Assembly (NCBI GenBank): GCA_024686335.1
Contig: JAILCI010000007.1
Coordinates: 16,869-80,868 of the forward strand
Direction: 5' to 3'
Length of the DNA stretch: 64,000 nt
Source of the DNA: Bacteroidales bacterium
GTDB taxonomy: Bacteria; Bacteroidota; Bacteroidia; Bacteroidales; WCHB1-69
In this document: positions 1 through 9,261 of the stretch, piece after piece
Position numbering within the stretch: the first letter of the stretch is position 1
Layout of the letters: the number at the start of each line of letters is the position of its first letter
The notes under the pieces: generated by a model
Databases searched by the model: none
Seen by the model: the letters and a program-made list of their open reading frames with translations, nothing else
What the model was told of the DNA's origin: nothing
Program-made: the position numbers and the translations under genes

Positions 1-523
1 CTTTTGGAGAATATTGATTGTAGAATTTGGTTTGATTCCAGTTGGAGGTCAACAAGGGAGAAACAACAACCTCTAAGGTGTTCTTGGCTTGATGATTGTA
101 GAGCTCTTCCCAGGCTTCTTTTACATCTTCAGCAGGTTGAAGGCCCAATTCCCGAATGGCAGCGATCTCTTTTTGATATTGGGAAAGGAACATCTTGGCG
201 CCGGGAGCGGCGGTCTCCATGGTGAACTCGCCTTCAAATGCATATGCGAGTACAGGGATGGAGGCGTCATCGGCAGCCATGATGATGAATCCATGGCCAA
301 AATTGAGTACAGCCATATAGGTCTCGTCGTTTTCTTCAATGAAGAAATAAGACTTTAATTCATTGGATGTTTGATAATCTTGCAGTGCTACCAGTCTTTG
401 CCTAAAAGCTTCTTTGCCTAATTGAAGGAGTTGGTCTTTAGGAATGGGAGCGGAGAAAGAATATATAGAGATAAGCGCAAACAGGAATGTTAGGACTGCG
501 GTTCTAAAGGTTTTCGGGGTCAT
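1..523 (-). CDS. Peptidase C10 (streptopain/PrtT-like) cysteine protease, N-terminal part only; the gene continues past the window start
   Basis: Absent from the ORF track because the frame is open at the window edge. My reverse-complement translation from the ATG at 523..521 gives 174 codons with no stop: MTPKTFRTAVLTFLFALISIYSFSAPIPKDQLLQLGKEAFRQRL...YFFIEENDETYMAVLNFGHGFIIMAADDASIPVLAYAFEGEF...VVVSPLLTSNWNQTKFYNQYSPK. It shows a signal peptide, a Spi/I69 pro-inhibitor-like pattern (GFIIxxADD..PVLAY), then the PLLxTxWxQxxxYN entry into the C10 catalytic domain. Confidence 0.6.
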   Translation of the reverse strand, partial: MTPKTFRTAVLTFLFALISIYSFSAPIPKDQLLQLGKEAFRQRLVALQDYQTSNELKSYFFIEENDETYMAVLNFGHGFIIMAADDASIPVLAYAFEGEFTMETAAPGAKMFLSQYQKEIAAIRELGLQPAEDVKEAWEELYNHQAKNTLEVVVSPLLTSNWNQTKFYNQYSPK

Positions 524-545
524 TCTTGTATGTTTTTAAAGGCCG

Positions 546-553
546 CAAAGATA
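546..553 (-). promoter_or_regulatory. Bacteroidota -7 promoter box (TAnnTTTG; TATCTTTG on the minus strand) upstream of the C10 protease gene
   Basis: The plus strand reads caaagata at 546-553, 23 nt upstream of the ATG at 523. This matches the published Bacteroides sigma-A -7 consensus. Confidence 0.4.
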
Positions 554-637
554 AGAAAATATCTTGAAGTTGATATGCTTAATTATACGTTTATCTTTTT
601 TTTACATCGGCAGTTATAATAGTCGATGCATGAATGC

Positions 638-982
638 TTACAAGAAATGGGGAAGATATGTGAGCGACAATTCCACTAAGATTGCTACGAGCACTGCTAC
701 AATAGCTACACGCACGAGACCGCGGTCACGCCAAGCCATAAGGAGTGCCACGATGGTGGCTATCACTGCTGAAAGGGAGATGTGTGGTTCGGTTCCAGTA
801 GCGGAAGTAGAGTAGAGAACGTAGGGGAACGTCATGGCAGCGAGCACACAATAAGGGATATAGAACAAAAAGTCCTGAATCCATTCATTTTCCATTTTTT
901 TGCGTACGAACCCAATGGGGATAACTCTGATCAGGTAAGTGGTCAAGAACATCAGTAGCATGCAAATGATAGGGTATTTCAT
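638..982 (-). CDS. azlD: Branched-chain amino acid transport protein AzlD
   Basis: This is the C-terminal 114 aa of the 223-aa track ORF, starting at the internal MKYPIICMLLMFLTTYLIRVIPIGF. It is a small, very hydrophobic AzlD-type protein. Its ATG overlaps the azlC stop as ATGA (979-982). The upstream extension lies out of frame inside azlC. Confidence 0.8.
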   Translation of the reverse strand: MKYPIICMLLMFLTTYLIRVIPIGFVRKKMENEWIQDFLFYIPYCVLAAMTFPYVLYSTSATGTEPHISLSAVIATIVALLMAWRDRGLVRVAIVAVLVAILVELSLTYLPHFL

Positions 983-1716
983 GCTGCCCTCCTTTCTGCA
1001 AGACGCATTTTGCGATGGCGTTTCACCTCCTTGATAGATGCGCAGATAGCGGCGCCCAAGATGGCGGATATGATAATGGCCCAACCACCGCCACCTTTGG
1101 TGGCAAGAGTGTTGACCCCAGGGACATACTTGAAGAAGCAGGAAAGTAGGATGGATACCACAATAGCCAAAGTTACCTTGCGGCTCTTTCGTGCCGGCGG
1201 GATGATGATAGCGATGAACATACAATAGAGTGCGATGCCCATGCAACCCTGCATCATCGGGGAGAGCAGGCTGGAGGCGACGGCACCCAGCAAGGTTCCA
1301 AGAGTCCATCCTATGATAGGAGTTGTCATCAAACCTCCGAAAAATGGGAAGGAGACCTCGTCGGGTTCCAACACGGCAAGTGCGAAAACCTCGTCAGTGA
1401 TACAGTAGGCCATCACAGCTCGTTTGTAGAACGGCATGTCGGGTGCAATCTTCTGTGACAGAGACAATGACATTAGGAAGTAACGAAGGTTGATGACAAA
1501 GGTGGTGATGACCAACTCAATGTAGGGTGCGCCGCCTTCGATGAGGCGGATACCTGCGAACTGGCCGGCAGATGCCATGTTGGAAAACGAAATAATGGTC
1601 GCCTCCAACGGAGAAAAGCCCATCTTTACGGCTATCAATCCAAATGTGAATGAGACAGGAATGTATCCCAGACATATCGGAAATCCCTTCTTTATACCCC
1701 TAATAAATTCATTCAT
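979..1716 (-). CDS. azlC: Branched-chain amino acid permease subunit AzlC
   Basis: 245 aa, polytopic. The N-terminus GFPICLGYIPVSFTFGLIAVKMGFSPLEATIISFSNMASAGQFAG is typical of the AzlC family, and an AzlD partner follows. Confidence 0.9.
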   Translation of the reverse strand: MNEFIRGIKKGFPICLGYIPVSFTFGLIAVKMGFSPLEATIISFSNMASAGQFAGIRLIEGGAPYIELVITTFVINLRYFLMSLSLSQKIAPDMPFYKRAVMAYCITDEVFALAVLEPDEVSFPFFGGLMTTPIIGWTLGTLLGAVASSLLSPMMQGCMGIALYCMFIAIIIPPARKSRKVTLAIVVSILLSCFFKYVPGVNTLATKGGGGWAIIISAILGAAICASIKEVKRHRKMRLAERRAA

Positions 1717-1746
1717 AGATAGTTAATGTCTTAACTTTGTAGGGGG

Positions 1747-1754
1747 CAAAAATA
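1747..1754 (-). promoter_or_regulatory. -7 promoter box (TATTTTTG on the minus strand) for azlCD
   Basis: The plus strand reads caaaaata at 1747-1754, about 31 nt upstream of the azlC ATG at 1716. Confidence 0.4.
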
Positions 1755-1785
1755 GGAAAAAAATGATTATAAAAACACCTCAATG

Positions 1786-3345
1786 CTACAAAGTATTGGA
1801 GGTGGCAGCAATAGCGCTTTTGAGACCGTCGATGGCGGCGCTCATGATACCACCAGCATAACCGGCACCTTCGCCAATAGGGTAAATACCGGCCACTTTG
1901 CTCATTCTATCTTGTCCACGCAGAATGCGAACGGGAGAGGAGGAGCGACTTTCAATGCCTGTCAAGACTGCATCGGGATGGGTGAAGCCACGCATTTTAC
2001 GATCGAAAAGGGGCAGGGCTTCACGGAGAGAATTGACAACATAGTCGGGAAGACAGCGTTGCAGGTCGCAAAAGACAATGCCGTGAGGGTAGGAGGGTGT
2101 GACGCTTCGTATGTTCTTAGCTATGTTTTTTTGCAAGAACTCTTTCATCAAGTTGCCTGGAGCACGGTAATCGCCACTGATTTGGAAAGCCTTTTGCTCA
2201 TAGAGTTTCTGGTAGGCTAGTCCGTCGAGGGGACTGTCTTGCATAAAGTCTTCGGGGCGTACGGTGACAAGGAGGGCGCTGTTGGCATTGATTTTGTCGC
2301 GGCTACGTTCGCTCATGCCGTTGGTGACAATTGTTTCAGGGTCATTGGTGGAGGCCATGACAGTGCCGCCTGGGCACATACAGAAGGTGTAAACACTTCT
2401 TTCAGCCAGGTGGACAGCACCTTTATAGGATGCTGGTGGCAAGAACCGGGCGGCAGTACCAAACTGAATCTTATTGATTAAAGTCTGGGGATGCTCCACG
2501 CGTACGCCCATGGAGAATCCTTTGGGTTCCATCTCTAGTCCCTGCTCGTATAGAGTGTGAATGGTGTCACGGGCGGAGTGACCGATACCGATGAACAGAT
2601 GCTGTGTGGGAAATTGTAGATTAGCATCTCCAAAAGCGATCAGATGGTCGCTTTTTTGTTGGAATCCAGTGAATCTAGTGTTGAAATAGAATTCGCCGCC
2701 AAGGGATTCTATCTCTAGTCGGATATTTCTGACAACCTGCTCCAGATAGTCAGTGCCGACGTGGGGATTTTGCAGATAGGTGACATCCTCGTCTGCGCCA
2801 TGAAGGTAGAACTCTTTCAGCACAAAGGCGTTATACTCACTATGGACGTTGGTGTTCAGTTTTCCGTCCGAGAAAGTGCCCGCCCCGCCTTCTCCAAATT
2901 GAACATTTGATTCCGGGTTGAGAGTCTTGTCGGCGAGGAATTTTGCGACGGAGGCTTTTCGTTCTTCTATTTTCTGGCCGCGTTCCAAGATGATGGGACG
3001 GGCTTTGCAGCGTGCGAGGTAGAGTGCGGCAAACATGCCAGCGGGCCCGAAGCCAACTACCACAGGTCTGTCAGGATGAGGCCACTGTGGATAAGTGATT
3101 GGGACGCTCTCCTCGAGCTGGGTAACACCGTTCATCTCCAAAAGGTCTTGACGACTATCGGGAACTACTGCACTGACTTGATAGTCGTACCAGATATTGG
3201 GCTTTTTTCGCGCATCAATAGCTTGCCGGAGAATTCTGAAATCACTCATTTCAGATTTTTCCAGGTGCAGCATTTGACAGAGCTTACCAGGTAAGTCTGT
3301 CCGGATATTGACTGGAATCCGGATATTGGAGATCTTAATGCGCAT
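1786..3345 (-). CDS. FAD-dependent oxidoreductase (COG2509-type NAD(FAD)-utilizing dehydrogenase)
   Basis: The track ORF is 581 aa. I place the start at the internal MRIKISNIRIPVN (ATG 3345..3343), because the longer form would overlap the upstream gene. A dinucleotide-binding motif VVVGFGPAGMFAALYLA is present, and the C-terminus reads GIYPIGEGAGYAGGIMSAAIDG. Confidence 0.8.
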   Translation of the reverse strand: MRIKISNIRIPVNIRTDLPGKLCQMLHLEKSEMSDFRILRQAIDARKKPNIWYDYQVSAVVPDSRQDLLEMNGVTQLEESVPITYPQWPHPDRPVVVGFGPAGMFAALYLARCKARPIILERGQKIEERKASVAKFLADKTLNPESNVQFGEGGAGTFSDGKLNTNVHSEYNAFVLKEFYLHGADEDVTYLQNPHVGTDYLEQVVRNIRLEIESLGGEFYFNTRFTGFQQKSDHLIAFGDANLQFPTQHLFIGIGHSARDTIHTLYEQGLEMEPKGFSMGVRVEHPQTLINKIQFGTAARFLPPASYKGAVHLAERSVYTFCMCPGGTVMASTNDPETIVTNGMSERSRDKINANSALLVTVRPEDFMQDSPLDGLAYQKLYEQKAFQISGDYRAPGNLMKEFLQKNIAKNIRSVTPSYPHGIVFCDLQRCLPDYVVNSLREALPLFDRKMRGFTHPDAVLTGIESRSSSPVRILRGQDRMSKVAGIYPIGEGAGYAGGIMSAAIDGLKSAIAATSNTL

Positions 3346-3359
3346 AGAGATGCGGCTGT

Positions 3360-4166
3360 TTAGTAGATAAATGGGAAGACGCGTTTCAGATGTTTGGCTT
3401 TGACCTCCTCCGGAAACTCTGCTTGATAACGTTTGTAGATGTTGTGAGCTCTGGGTACCAGATTGGCGAAGGTCCACCAGAAGAAGACAAGACCTGGCAG
3501 TGACCATGTCAAGATAGCAAAGCCTAACCACTCTAACATCTCTCCCAGATAGTTGGCGCTAGTCACATAGTTGAACAGGAAGCCACTGGGCAGATAGTGT
3601 TTAGTATCGTTTTCATCTTTTCTCAAATGTCGTATGATATAGTCGGAGCGGAGGTTGACATAAAAACCGAAAATAAAGATACACGTTCCGATGATGAAAT
3701 GTGGAGACCATAGCCATTCAATATCTGAGTATGATAGACCAAAAACTTGATAGTTGGCTTTATATGACTCGAAGAAAATCCAATAGCCTTGCATCATGGC
3801 GTTCAAAATGTTGAAAGCGATACCCATAAACATAATTGCCAGAGACATTTGGCTGTTGCCCTTCATGATCCAAGGGAAGATGATGGAGCGTTGGAAATAG
3901 TGGATTTCAAAGATGAGAAGGAATACCATCGGAACGATGTCGAAGCGATGAGGTGAGGCCAGCCAGATGATAATCATAGCGAGGAAAATGGGAAATTCCA
4001 TTAGGAACCATGCTAGTTTATTGTTTATGGTTTTGCCCCATTTCTTGTTCAGGAACATGCCGTATCCAGCATTGACAAAATAGAGTGAGATGAATACGAC
4101 GACGCCCATGGCGATCATTACCCAGAGGTATATGTTAAATGCAGATGTTAAAAAATCTGGTGACAT
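3360..4166 (-). CDS. 3-oxo-5-alpha-steroid 4-dehydrogenase (SRD5A / steroid 5-alpha-reductase) family membrane protein
   Basis: 268 aa, polytopic. The C-terminal block HYLPSGFLFNYVTSANYLGEMLEWLGFAILTWSLPGLVFFWWTFANLVPRAHNIYKRYQAEFPE closely parallels the SRD5A signature (GLFxYVxxxNYxGExxEWxGxA...H..Y...F). Confidence 0.85.
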   Translation of the reverse strand: MSPDFLTSAFNIYLWVMIAMGVVVFISLYFVNAGYGMFLNKKWGKTINNKLAWFLMEFPIFLAMIIIWLASPHRFDIVPMVFLLIFEIHYFQRSIIFPWIMKGNSQMSLAIMFMGIAFNILNAMMQGYWIFFESYKANYQVFGLSYSDIEWLWSPHFIIGTCIFIFGFYVNLRSDYIIRHLRKDENDTKHYLPSGFLFNYVTSANYLGEMLEWLGFAILTWSLPGLVFFWWTFANLVPRAHNIYKRYQAEFPEEVKAKHLKRVFPFIY

Positions 4167-4187
4167 GATTCAAATTTTTTAATGTAA

Positions 4188-5984
4188 TTACTGAATGGTT
4201 AACTCAAATGGTAAGCGGGCTTGTACGCCTTCCATGCGGACGATTTGTTCAAGTCCTTGATAGGTGAAATAGAGGTGTCCGAGGCGTGAAGCGAGTCGGC
4301 TTTCAGTATCGTTCATGCTATCGAATATCAGTTCAAAGAAAGTTTGTTGTTTGGGGTAATATTCTAAGGAGTATTTGGAGATGCCAGCTAGTTCAGCTGC
4401 TTTGTTGATGGCGTCATCTATGGATCCAAGTTGGTCGACGAGACCAATTTTGATGGCGTCAGCGCCGGCCCATACACGGCCTTGGCCGATGCTATCCACT
4501 TGAGCAACAGTCATTTTACGCCCATTAGCTACGCGAGTCATGAATGTGCCATATGTACTTTCCACGGATTGCTGCATAACGTCTAACTCAGACTGGTCGA
4601 GGGTGCGCATGCCGGTTCCGAAGTCGGAGTGGTCATGAGTCTTGGCAACATCGATAGTGATACCTAAGTTGGCTTTGAGAGCATTTTGGAAAGATGGAAT
4701 CATGCCAAAAACGCCGATAGAGCCAGTTAGGGTGTTAGGTTGAGCGATGATGTAGTCTGAATTACATGCAATATAGTAACCACCGGAAGCTGCATAGTCG
4801 CCCATAGAGGTGACGATGATTTTGCCAGCTTTCTTAGCAGCCTCAATCTCGTGCCAGATGTTTTCAGATGCCAGTGCGCTGCCACCAGGAGAATTGATTC
4901 TCAGTACGATAGCCTTAACGTCATCAGATTTGTAAGCCTTGCGGAAGGTCTTAATAAAGTTTTCAGAATAGATATTTTGAGAATCACTATTTTTGCCATC
5001 ATAAATAGAACCCACGGCATAGACAACGGCGATGCGGTCGCCTTTAGCTTTTTCTTCAGGTATGGAGGATTTGTATTTGGAGATGGAGACGAAATTTATG
5101 TCTTCGTCGTCAGAAATATTCAGTTTTTTGCGTAAAGAAGCTTCGGCGTCTGAGGCGTAGGCAAGGCGGTCTACAAGTTTTTGAGAATAAGCGTTTTCAG
5201 CCATAAAACCGGTCATCTGGTTTGTTATTTGGTTGAGAGTGTCTACGGAAATCTTGCGGGCGGCGGCGATATCATTTGCCAAGGTAGTCCATAAGGTTTG
5301 ACCCAACACGTTCATCTGTGTGCGATTAGCCTCGCTCATCTTGTCTAAGAGGTAAGGTTCTACGGCGCTTTTGAACTGGCCGTGGCGCACTACTTGTACG
5401 TCAACTTTAAACTTGTCCAGTAATCCTTTATAGAACATGATTTGGAATGCGTAGCCGCGGAGATCTACAGAACCGGTAGGATTCAGCAGCACACTATCGG
5501 CAACAGTGGCCAGATAATAACCGTTCTGATGATAACTGTCGCTATATGCATAGATAAACTTGCCAGACTTTTTGAACTCTACGAGAGCATCGTGGATTTC
5601 TTTGAGAGAAGCAGGAGAAGCTGCTGCATTGGCACTGTTGATATAGATACCTTTGATTTTGCTATCTCCAGCTGCATGTTTGATGGCGGCCAGAATGTCA
5701 TTCAACCCCATTTGGTCATAGCCGTAACTACTCATGTCAAATGGCATATCAATGGCTCGTTCAGTAATAGACTGATCGAGGTTTAACTTAAGGACGCTGT
5801 TGTTTTTAATAGATGTTGTGTCCTTAGAGGCTACAGAAGCTATGATGCCCAGCATAAAAAGGGTGTAGAAAATGCTGATGACAATCATGGCGAGGACGAA
5901 ACCCACCATAGAGCCAAGAACTATGCGCCAGAATTTACGGCCGCGGCTCTCGGTTTTGCATGTTGTTTGATTCTCGTTATTCAT
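4188..5984 (-). CDS. sppA: Signal peptide peptidase SppA, 67K type
   Basis: 598 aa with an N-terminal TM segment and two ClpP/crotonase-like halves. Motifs include VKAIVLRINSPGGSALASE and GDYAASGGYYIA. Confidence 0.9.
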   Translation of the reverse strand: MNNENQTTCKTESRGRKFWRIVLGSMVGFVLAMIVISIFYTLFMLGIIASVASKDTTSIKNNSVLKLNLDQSITERAIDMPFDMSSYGYDQMGLNDILAAIKHAAGDSKIKGIYINSANAAASPASLKEIHDALVEFKKSGKFIYAYSDSYHQNGYYLATVADSVLLNPTGSVDLRGYAFQIMFYKGLLDKFKVDVQVVRHGQFKSAVEPYLLDKMSEANRTQMNVLGQTLWTTLANDIAAARKISVDTLNQITNQMTGFMAENAYSQKLVDRLAYASDAEASLRKKLNISDDEDINFVSISKYKSSIPEEKAKGDRIAVVYAVGSIYDGKNSDSQNIYSENFIKTFRKAYKSDDVKAIVLRINSPGGSALASENIWHEIEAAKKAGKIIVTSMGDYAASGGYYIACNSDYIIAQPNTLTGSIGVFGMIPSFQNALKANLGITIDVAKTHDHSDFGTGMRTLDQSELDVMQQSVESTYGTFMTRVANGRKMTVAQVDSIGQGRVWAGADAIKIGLVDQLGSIDDAINKAAELAGISKYSLEYYPKQQTFFELIFDSMNDTESRLASRLGHLYFTYQGLEQIVRMEGVQARLPFELTIQ

Positions 5985-6002
5985 TGTGTTGTAATTTATT
6001 GG

Positions 6003-7274
6003 TTATCTGAAAAAATGTCTCCTCTGACTATGGCATCCGGCTTTGAAAAATGTGATATATTCCAAGAAGATGCTGGTAGGGTTGTCCAAGATGGAAAGAC
6101 CTAACTGCTTGTTGAGGAGATTGAATTGTTCAATATTGTTGTATGGTAATGGACAGTCAGTGTCTGGGATACTCTGGTGAGGAATACGTGCGGAGTCGGT
6201 GAAACTACCCGTAATCTCTTCAGGAAGAGCTGCCGGAATGATCAAATCGAAGGAAGTGTCTTTTTCGTCCCAGTCGGCAGTGTGAAGTACAGAAAAACTG
6301 GCGGCATTGACCTGTGCCATTATGTCTTGTGGAATCTTTTGTCCTGTACTATTGAAGATTAAGCAATTGGTGAAGGCTTTGTCGTTGATTAATTCCGCAA
6401 CGTTTATTTCGTCAGTGATGAGAGTCTTTTGGTAGAGTTCTGTCATTTGTTGACGAGTAGCATCATCCCAGATTTCGCCGCCGACGGATAGTTGAGAAAA
6501 ACAACCCATATCGTAAAGTCCTTGGGCATTGAGAGATGGTTTTATGCATAGAAAACCTGATGTTGGCTTGGCTTGTATATCTAGAAGCATACACAAGTTC
6601 TCCAGTTCAATGATGCCACGAGCGTCTAAGAGAGGTTCCCATACAACGATGGCTTCGGATTTATCTAGCAATAAGAGTTTGACGAAATCAGCGACTTGAG
6701 CGTCTTTCAGATTGTTTTGAGCGAGGAGAGCCTCATAATTGTCAGCGAGTAGCTTTGTTTTGTAAGTGTTATAATCTTTGCCGAGTCCATTGACATAGAT
6801 GCCTTCTGCCAGATTATGCTCAATGAGATAGCGGTTTAGGCAGCGAAAAAAGGCGGCATAGTTTTGGATGTGGAGAGTATCTTCTTGATTGAACCAATAT
6901 TGCGGTGTTTCTTTTAATGTTTCCAGCAACTTGAGCGTGGTTTGTGCTGACGGAGTATTCGCTTGAGGATCCCAGGCGACAAATATGCGGGAGGATCCAG
7001 CGATTTCGGCGAAAGGAAGTATATCGTTTTTGTCCAAGAAGAATTGGGTTCCTTTGTGGAGGTATTCTAATGATGTGATGGCGTTAGTCTGCAGCCCAGC
7101 GCGAGAAAGGCGTTGGATGAGGTAGAGTTCCTCGTTGCAGTAGTCGCCAGTGACAGTTACAAGTGTCTTTGCTGATGAGTCGCATTGTGTTGCAATCAGC
7201 GAGTAAGCATCCTCAAATGAGATCTGACGATAGGATGAATCATCCTTGATGATAGGTTGTAGTAATCGTGTCAT
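6003..7274 (-). CDS. Hypothetical protein with a molybdopterin-oxidoreductase-like N-terminal pattern and no Fe-S Cys motif
   Basis: 423-aa ORF packed between the ABC ATPase (7-nt gap) and sppA (18-nt gap). RQISFEDAYSLIATQ...VTVTGDYCNEELYLIQRLSRAGLQTNAITSLEY resembles the SWDEA...sg..tNEe.Yl.qkl.R..GtnniD block of Mo-bisPGD enzymes and NuoG. The similarity was judged by eye only. Confidence 0.6.
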   Translation of the reverse strand: MTRLLQPIIKDDSSYRQISFEDAYSLIATQCDSSAKTLVTVTGDYCNEELYLIQRLSRAGLQTNAITSLEYLHKGTQFFLDKNDILPFAEIAGSSRIFVAWDPQANTPSAQTTLKLLETLKETPQYWFNQEDTLHIQNYAAFFRCLNRYLIEHNLAEGIYVNGLGKDYNTYKTKLLADNYEALLAQNNLKDAQVADFVKLLLLDKSEAIVVWEPLLDARGIIELENLCMLLDIQAKPTSGFLCIKPSLNAQGLYDMGCFSQLSVGGEIWDDATRQQMTELYQKTLITDEINVAELINDKAFTNCLIFNSTGQKIPQDIMAQVNAASFSVLHTADWDEKDTSFDLIIPAALPEEITGSFTDSARIPHQSIPDTDCPLPYNNIEQFNLLNKQLGLSILDNPTSIFLEYITFFKAGCHSQRRHFFR

Positions 7275-7281
7275 GTCAGAA

Positions 7282-8022
7282 CTACTTGGTTAATACTTGG
7301 AAAAGTTCCTCCATGGCGACAGAATCCATGTGGTCAGTGGCGCGAATTCCCTTCTTCTTGGCAAGCTCAGGCAGGTCCTTCACTTGTTCGTCAGCTACGA
7401 GAACGCCCTTGTTGATGATGACCACATGGTCGCACATAGCATTGACCTCCTGCATAATATGGGTAGAGAGGAGTACGGTCTTGTCTTTACCGTAGCTCTT
7501 TATGAGAGAGCGGATTTCTACCAACTGGTTAGGGTCTAGACCCGTGGTGGGTTCGTCGAGGATAAGTACTTCCGGATCATGGATAAGAGCTTGTGCGATG
7601 CCAACACGTTGTTTGTAACCGCGCGACAAAGCTCCAATTTTCTTATGCTTCTCTGGAGTCAGACCAGTTCTCTCGATCATGTCCGCGACTTTGGACTTCA
7701 GATTTTTAATACGATAGATGCCACCGGTAAACTCTAGGAACTCGGTAACGTACATGTCATAATATAAAGGATTTGCTTCTGACAGATATCCGATTTTTTT
7801 GCGTAGTTCCAAAGAGTCGTTCCAAATGTCCAATCCACACACAGAGACTTCTCCTTCGGTTGGAGGAATTAGGCAGGTGATAATTTTCATCATGGTGGTC
7901 TTGCCGGCGCCGTTTGGACCTAAAAAACCAACAATCTCACCTTTTTTTGCTTCAAAACTAACATTGTTTAAGGCGTATTGTTTCCCAAAAACTTTCGTTA
8001 CGTTTTTTACTATTATGGACAT
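7282..8022 (-). CDS. gldA: ABC transporter ATP-binding protein, GldA type
   Basis: 246 aa with Walker A GPNGAGKTT, signature LSRGYKQRVGIA and Walker B LILDEPTTGLD. It is collinear with the Flavobacterium GldA sequence as I remember it. No permease gene is adjacent. Confidence 0.85.
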   Translation of the reverse strand: MSIIVKNVTKVFGKQYALNNVSFEAKKGEIVGFLGPNGAGKTTMMKIITCLIPPTEGEVSVCGLDIWNDSLELRKKIGYLSEANPLYYDMYVTEFLEFTGGIYRIKNLKSKVADMIERTGLTPEKHKKIGALSRGYKQRVGIAQALIHDPEVLILDEPTTGLDPNQLVEIRSLIKSYGKDKTVLLSTHIMQEVNAMCDHVVIINKGVLVADEQVKDLPELAKKKGIRATDHMDSVAMEELFQVLTK

Positions 8023-8046
8023 CTTATCTATTTTTCAAATAAACTG

Positions 8047-8054
8047 CAAAAATA
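8047..8054 (-). promoter_or_regulatory. -7 promoter box (TATTTTTG on the minus strand) for the gldA-like operon
   Basis: The plus strand reads caaaaata at 8047-8054, 25 nt upstream of the ATG at 8022. Confidence 0.45.
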
Positions 8055-8159
8055 CATTTTTTAAGTTATGATTTCACTTTGCCTATAATAATCCGTCTAT
8101 ACATCTATTCGCGTCTATATTTTTTTGATGGATTAGACTTTTTGTCTACCAATAATGTG

Positions 8160-8167
8160 TATTTTTG
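8160..8167 (+). promoter_or_regulatory. Possible -7 box (TATTTTTG) immediately upstream of the flippase-like gene
   Basis: tatttttg at 8160-8167, only 8 nt before the ATG at 8176. If used, the mRNA would be almost leaderless. Confidence 0.3.
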
Positions 8168-8175
8168 CGGCCTAA

Positions 8176-9261
8176 ATGAGTGAATTGGAGCATATAGAAT
8201 CTACAACCCCCCAGCGCAAATGGTGGAAATCCGTATTGCAGTTGGCTTTTTTTGTCGGTTTGGGAGTGTTGTTTATATGGCTTTCTGTACGTCATTTAAA
8301 TGAAGAGGATCGTCGGGTAATTTTTGATGTTATAGCTTCGGTCAATACCCCTCGCGGGTGGCTGATGCTAGGTTTAGCTGCTTTTTTTGCACTTGCAGCC
8401 GACTTCTGCAGGGCAATACGAGGCCAGATCCTTTTGCAACCGCTACATTATGAAGTCCGAACATCAATGATGTTCTATTCCGTAATGGTTTGCTTTATGG
8501 CTAACCTTGCTTTGCCTCGACTCGGAGAAGTTTTACGTTGTACTTTTCTTCAACGATACGAGAAGGTGCCTTTCCAAAAATCTCTTGGCACAGTAATCAC
8601 TGAGCGTGCGGTTGATATGATTTTTTGGATAATTCTATTAGTGATTGCTATCTTGATTAATTCTGACCTGTTGAACAATTTAGTTGTTGATGCAGATGCT
8701 GGTCTTACCATGCGTGAATGGATGGAGGCTAAAGGTCTTTCAATTATTGGTAACAATCTGTTGTTGAAGGTGTTAGGTCTTATCATGGTAGTTGTTGTTA
8801 TTTTATGGTCAACTCGCAAATGGTGGATGCGCAATGCCTTTTTTCTTAAGATATGGAAGTTTTGTCAAGGAATATGGCAGGGTTTCATCTCTATTAAGGA
8901 TTTGAAGAGGCCATGGCGCTATTGGTTTTGGACTGTGATGATGTGGGTGGCCTATTTTTTAGGCACTTATAGTTTCTTCTTCTCAATGCCTTGTTTGGCT
9001 CACGTTAGTCCGGCAGCCGGTTATTCTGCATTGATATTCGGCACAATTGCTTTTATGATTGCTCAAGGTGGTATAGGAGCCTATCCTCTCATTGTGGCAG
9101 GAGTCCTATTATTATATGGAGTTGAATATACTAATGGTCTCGCAGCCGGATGGGTAGGTTGGATATTGCAAACAGTTGTCTCATTGTTAGTAGGTTTTGT
9201 TTCTCTAGTCTTAGCTTCTTTTACAGAAAAAAGGGATTCTTTTGTTGAACAGAATGTATGA
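8176..9261 (+). CDS. Flippase-like / lysylphosphatidylglycerol-synthase TM-region (UPF0104) family membrane protein
   Basis: 361 aa, polytopic. The pattern [13 protein letters not shown]...[14 protein letters not shown]...[14 protein letters not shown] is typical of the LPG_synthase_TM family. Confidence 0.75.
   Translation: MSELEHIESTTPQRKWWKSVLQLAFFVGLGVLFIWLSVRHLNEEDRRVIFDVIASVNTPRGWLMLGLAAFFALAADFCRAIRGQILLQPLHYEVRTSMMFYSVMVCFMANLALPRLGEVLRCTFLQRYEKVPFQKSLGTVITERAVDMIFWIILLVIAILINSDLLNNLVVDADAGLTMREWMEAKGLSIIGNNLLLKVLGLIMVVVVILWSTRKWWMRNAFFLKIWKFCQGIWQGFISIKDLKRPWRYWFWTVMMWVAYFLGTYSFFFSMPCLAHVSPAAGYSALIFGTIAFMIAQGGIGAYPLIVAGVLLLYGVEYTNGLAAGWVGWILQTVVSLLVGFVSLVLASFTEKRDSFVEQNV

Noticed and set aside
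983-1309. The N-terminal extension of the 223-aa ORF 638-1309.
   Set aside because: The extension lies entirely inside azlC in another frame. The AzlD-like part begins at the internal ATG at 982, which forms an ATGA overlap with the azlC stop.
3346-3531. The N-terminal 62-aa extension of the FAD oxidoreductase ORF (track start 3531).
   Set aside because: It would overlap the 3' end of the SRD5A-like gene by 172 nt. The conserved protein begins at MRIKISNIRIP (ATG 3345).
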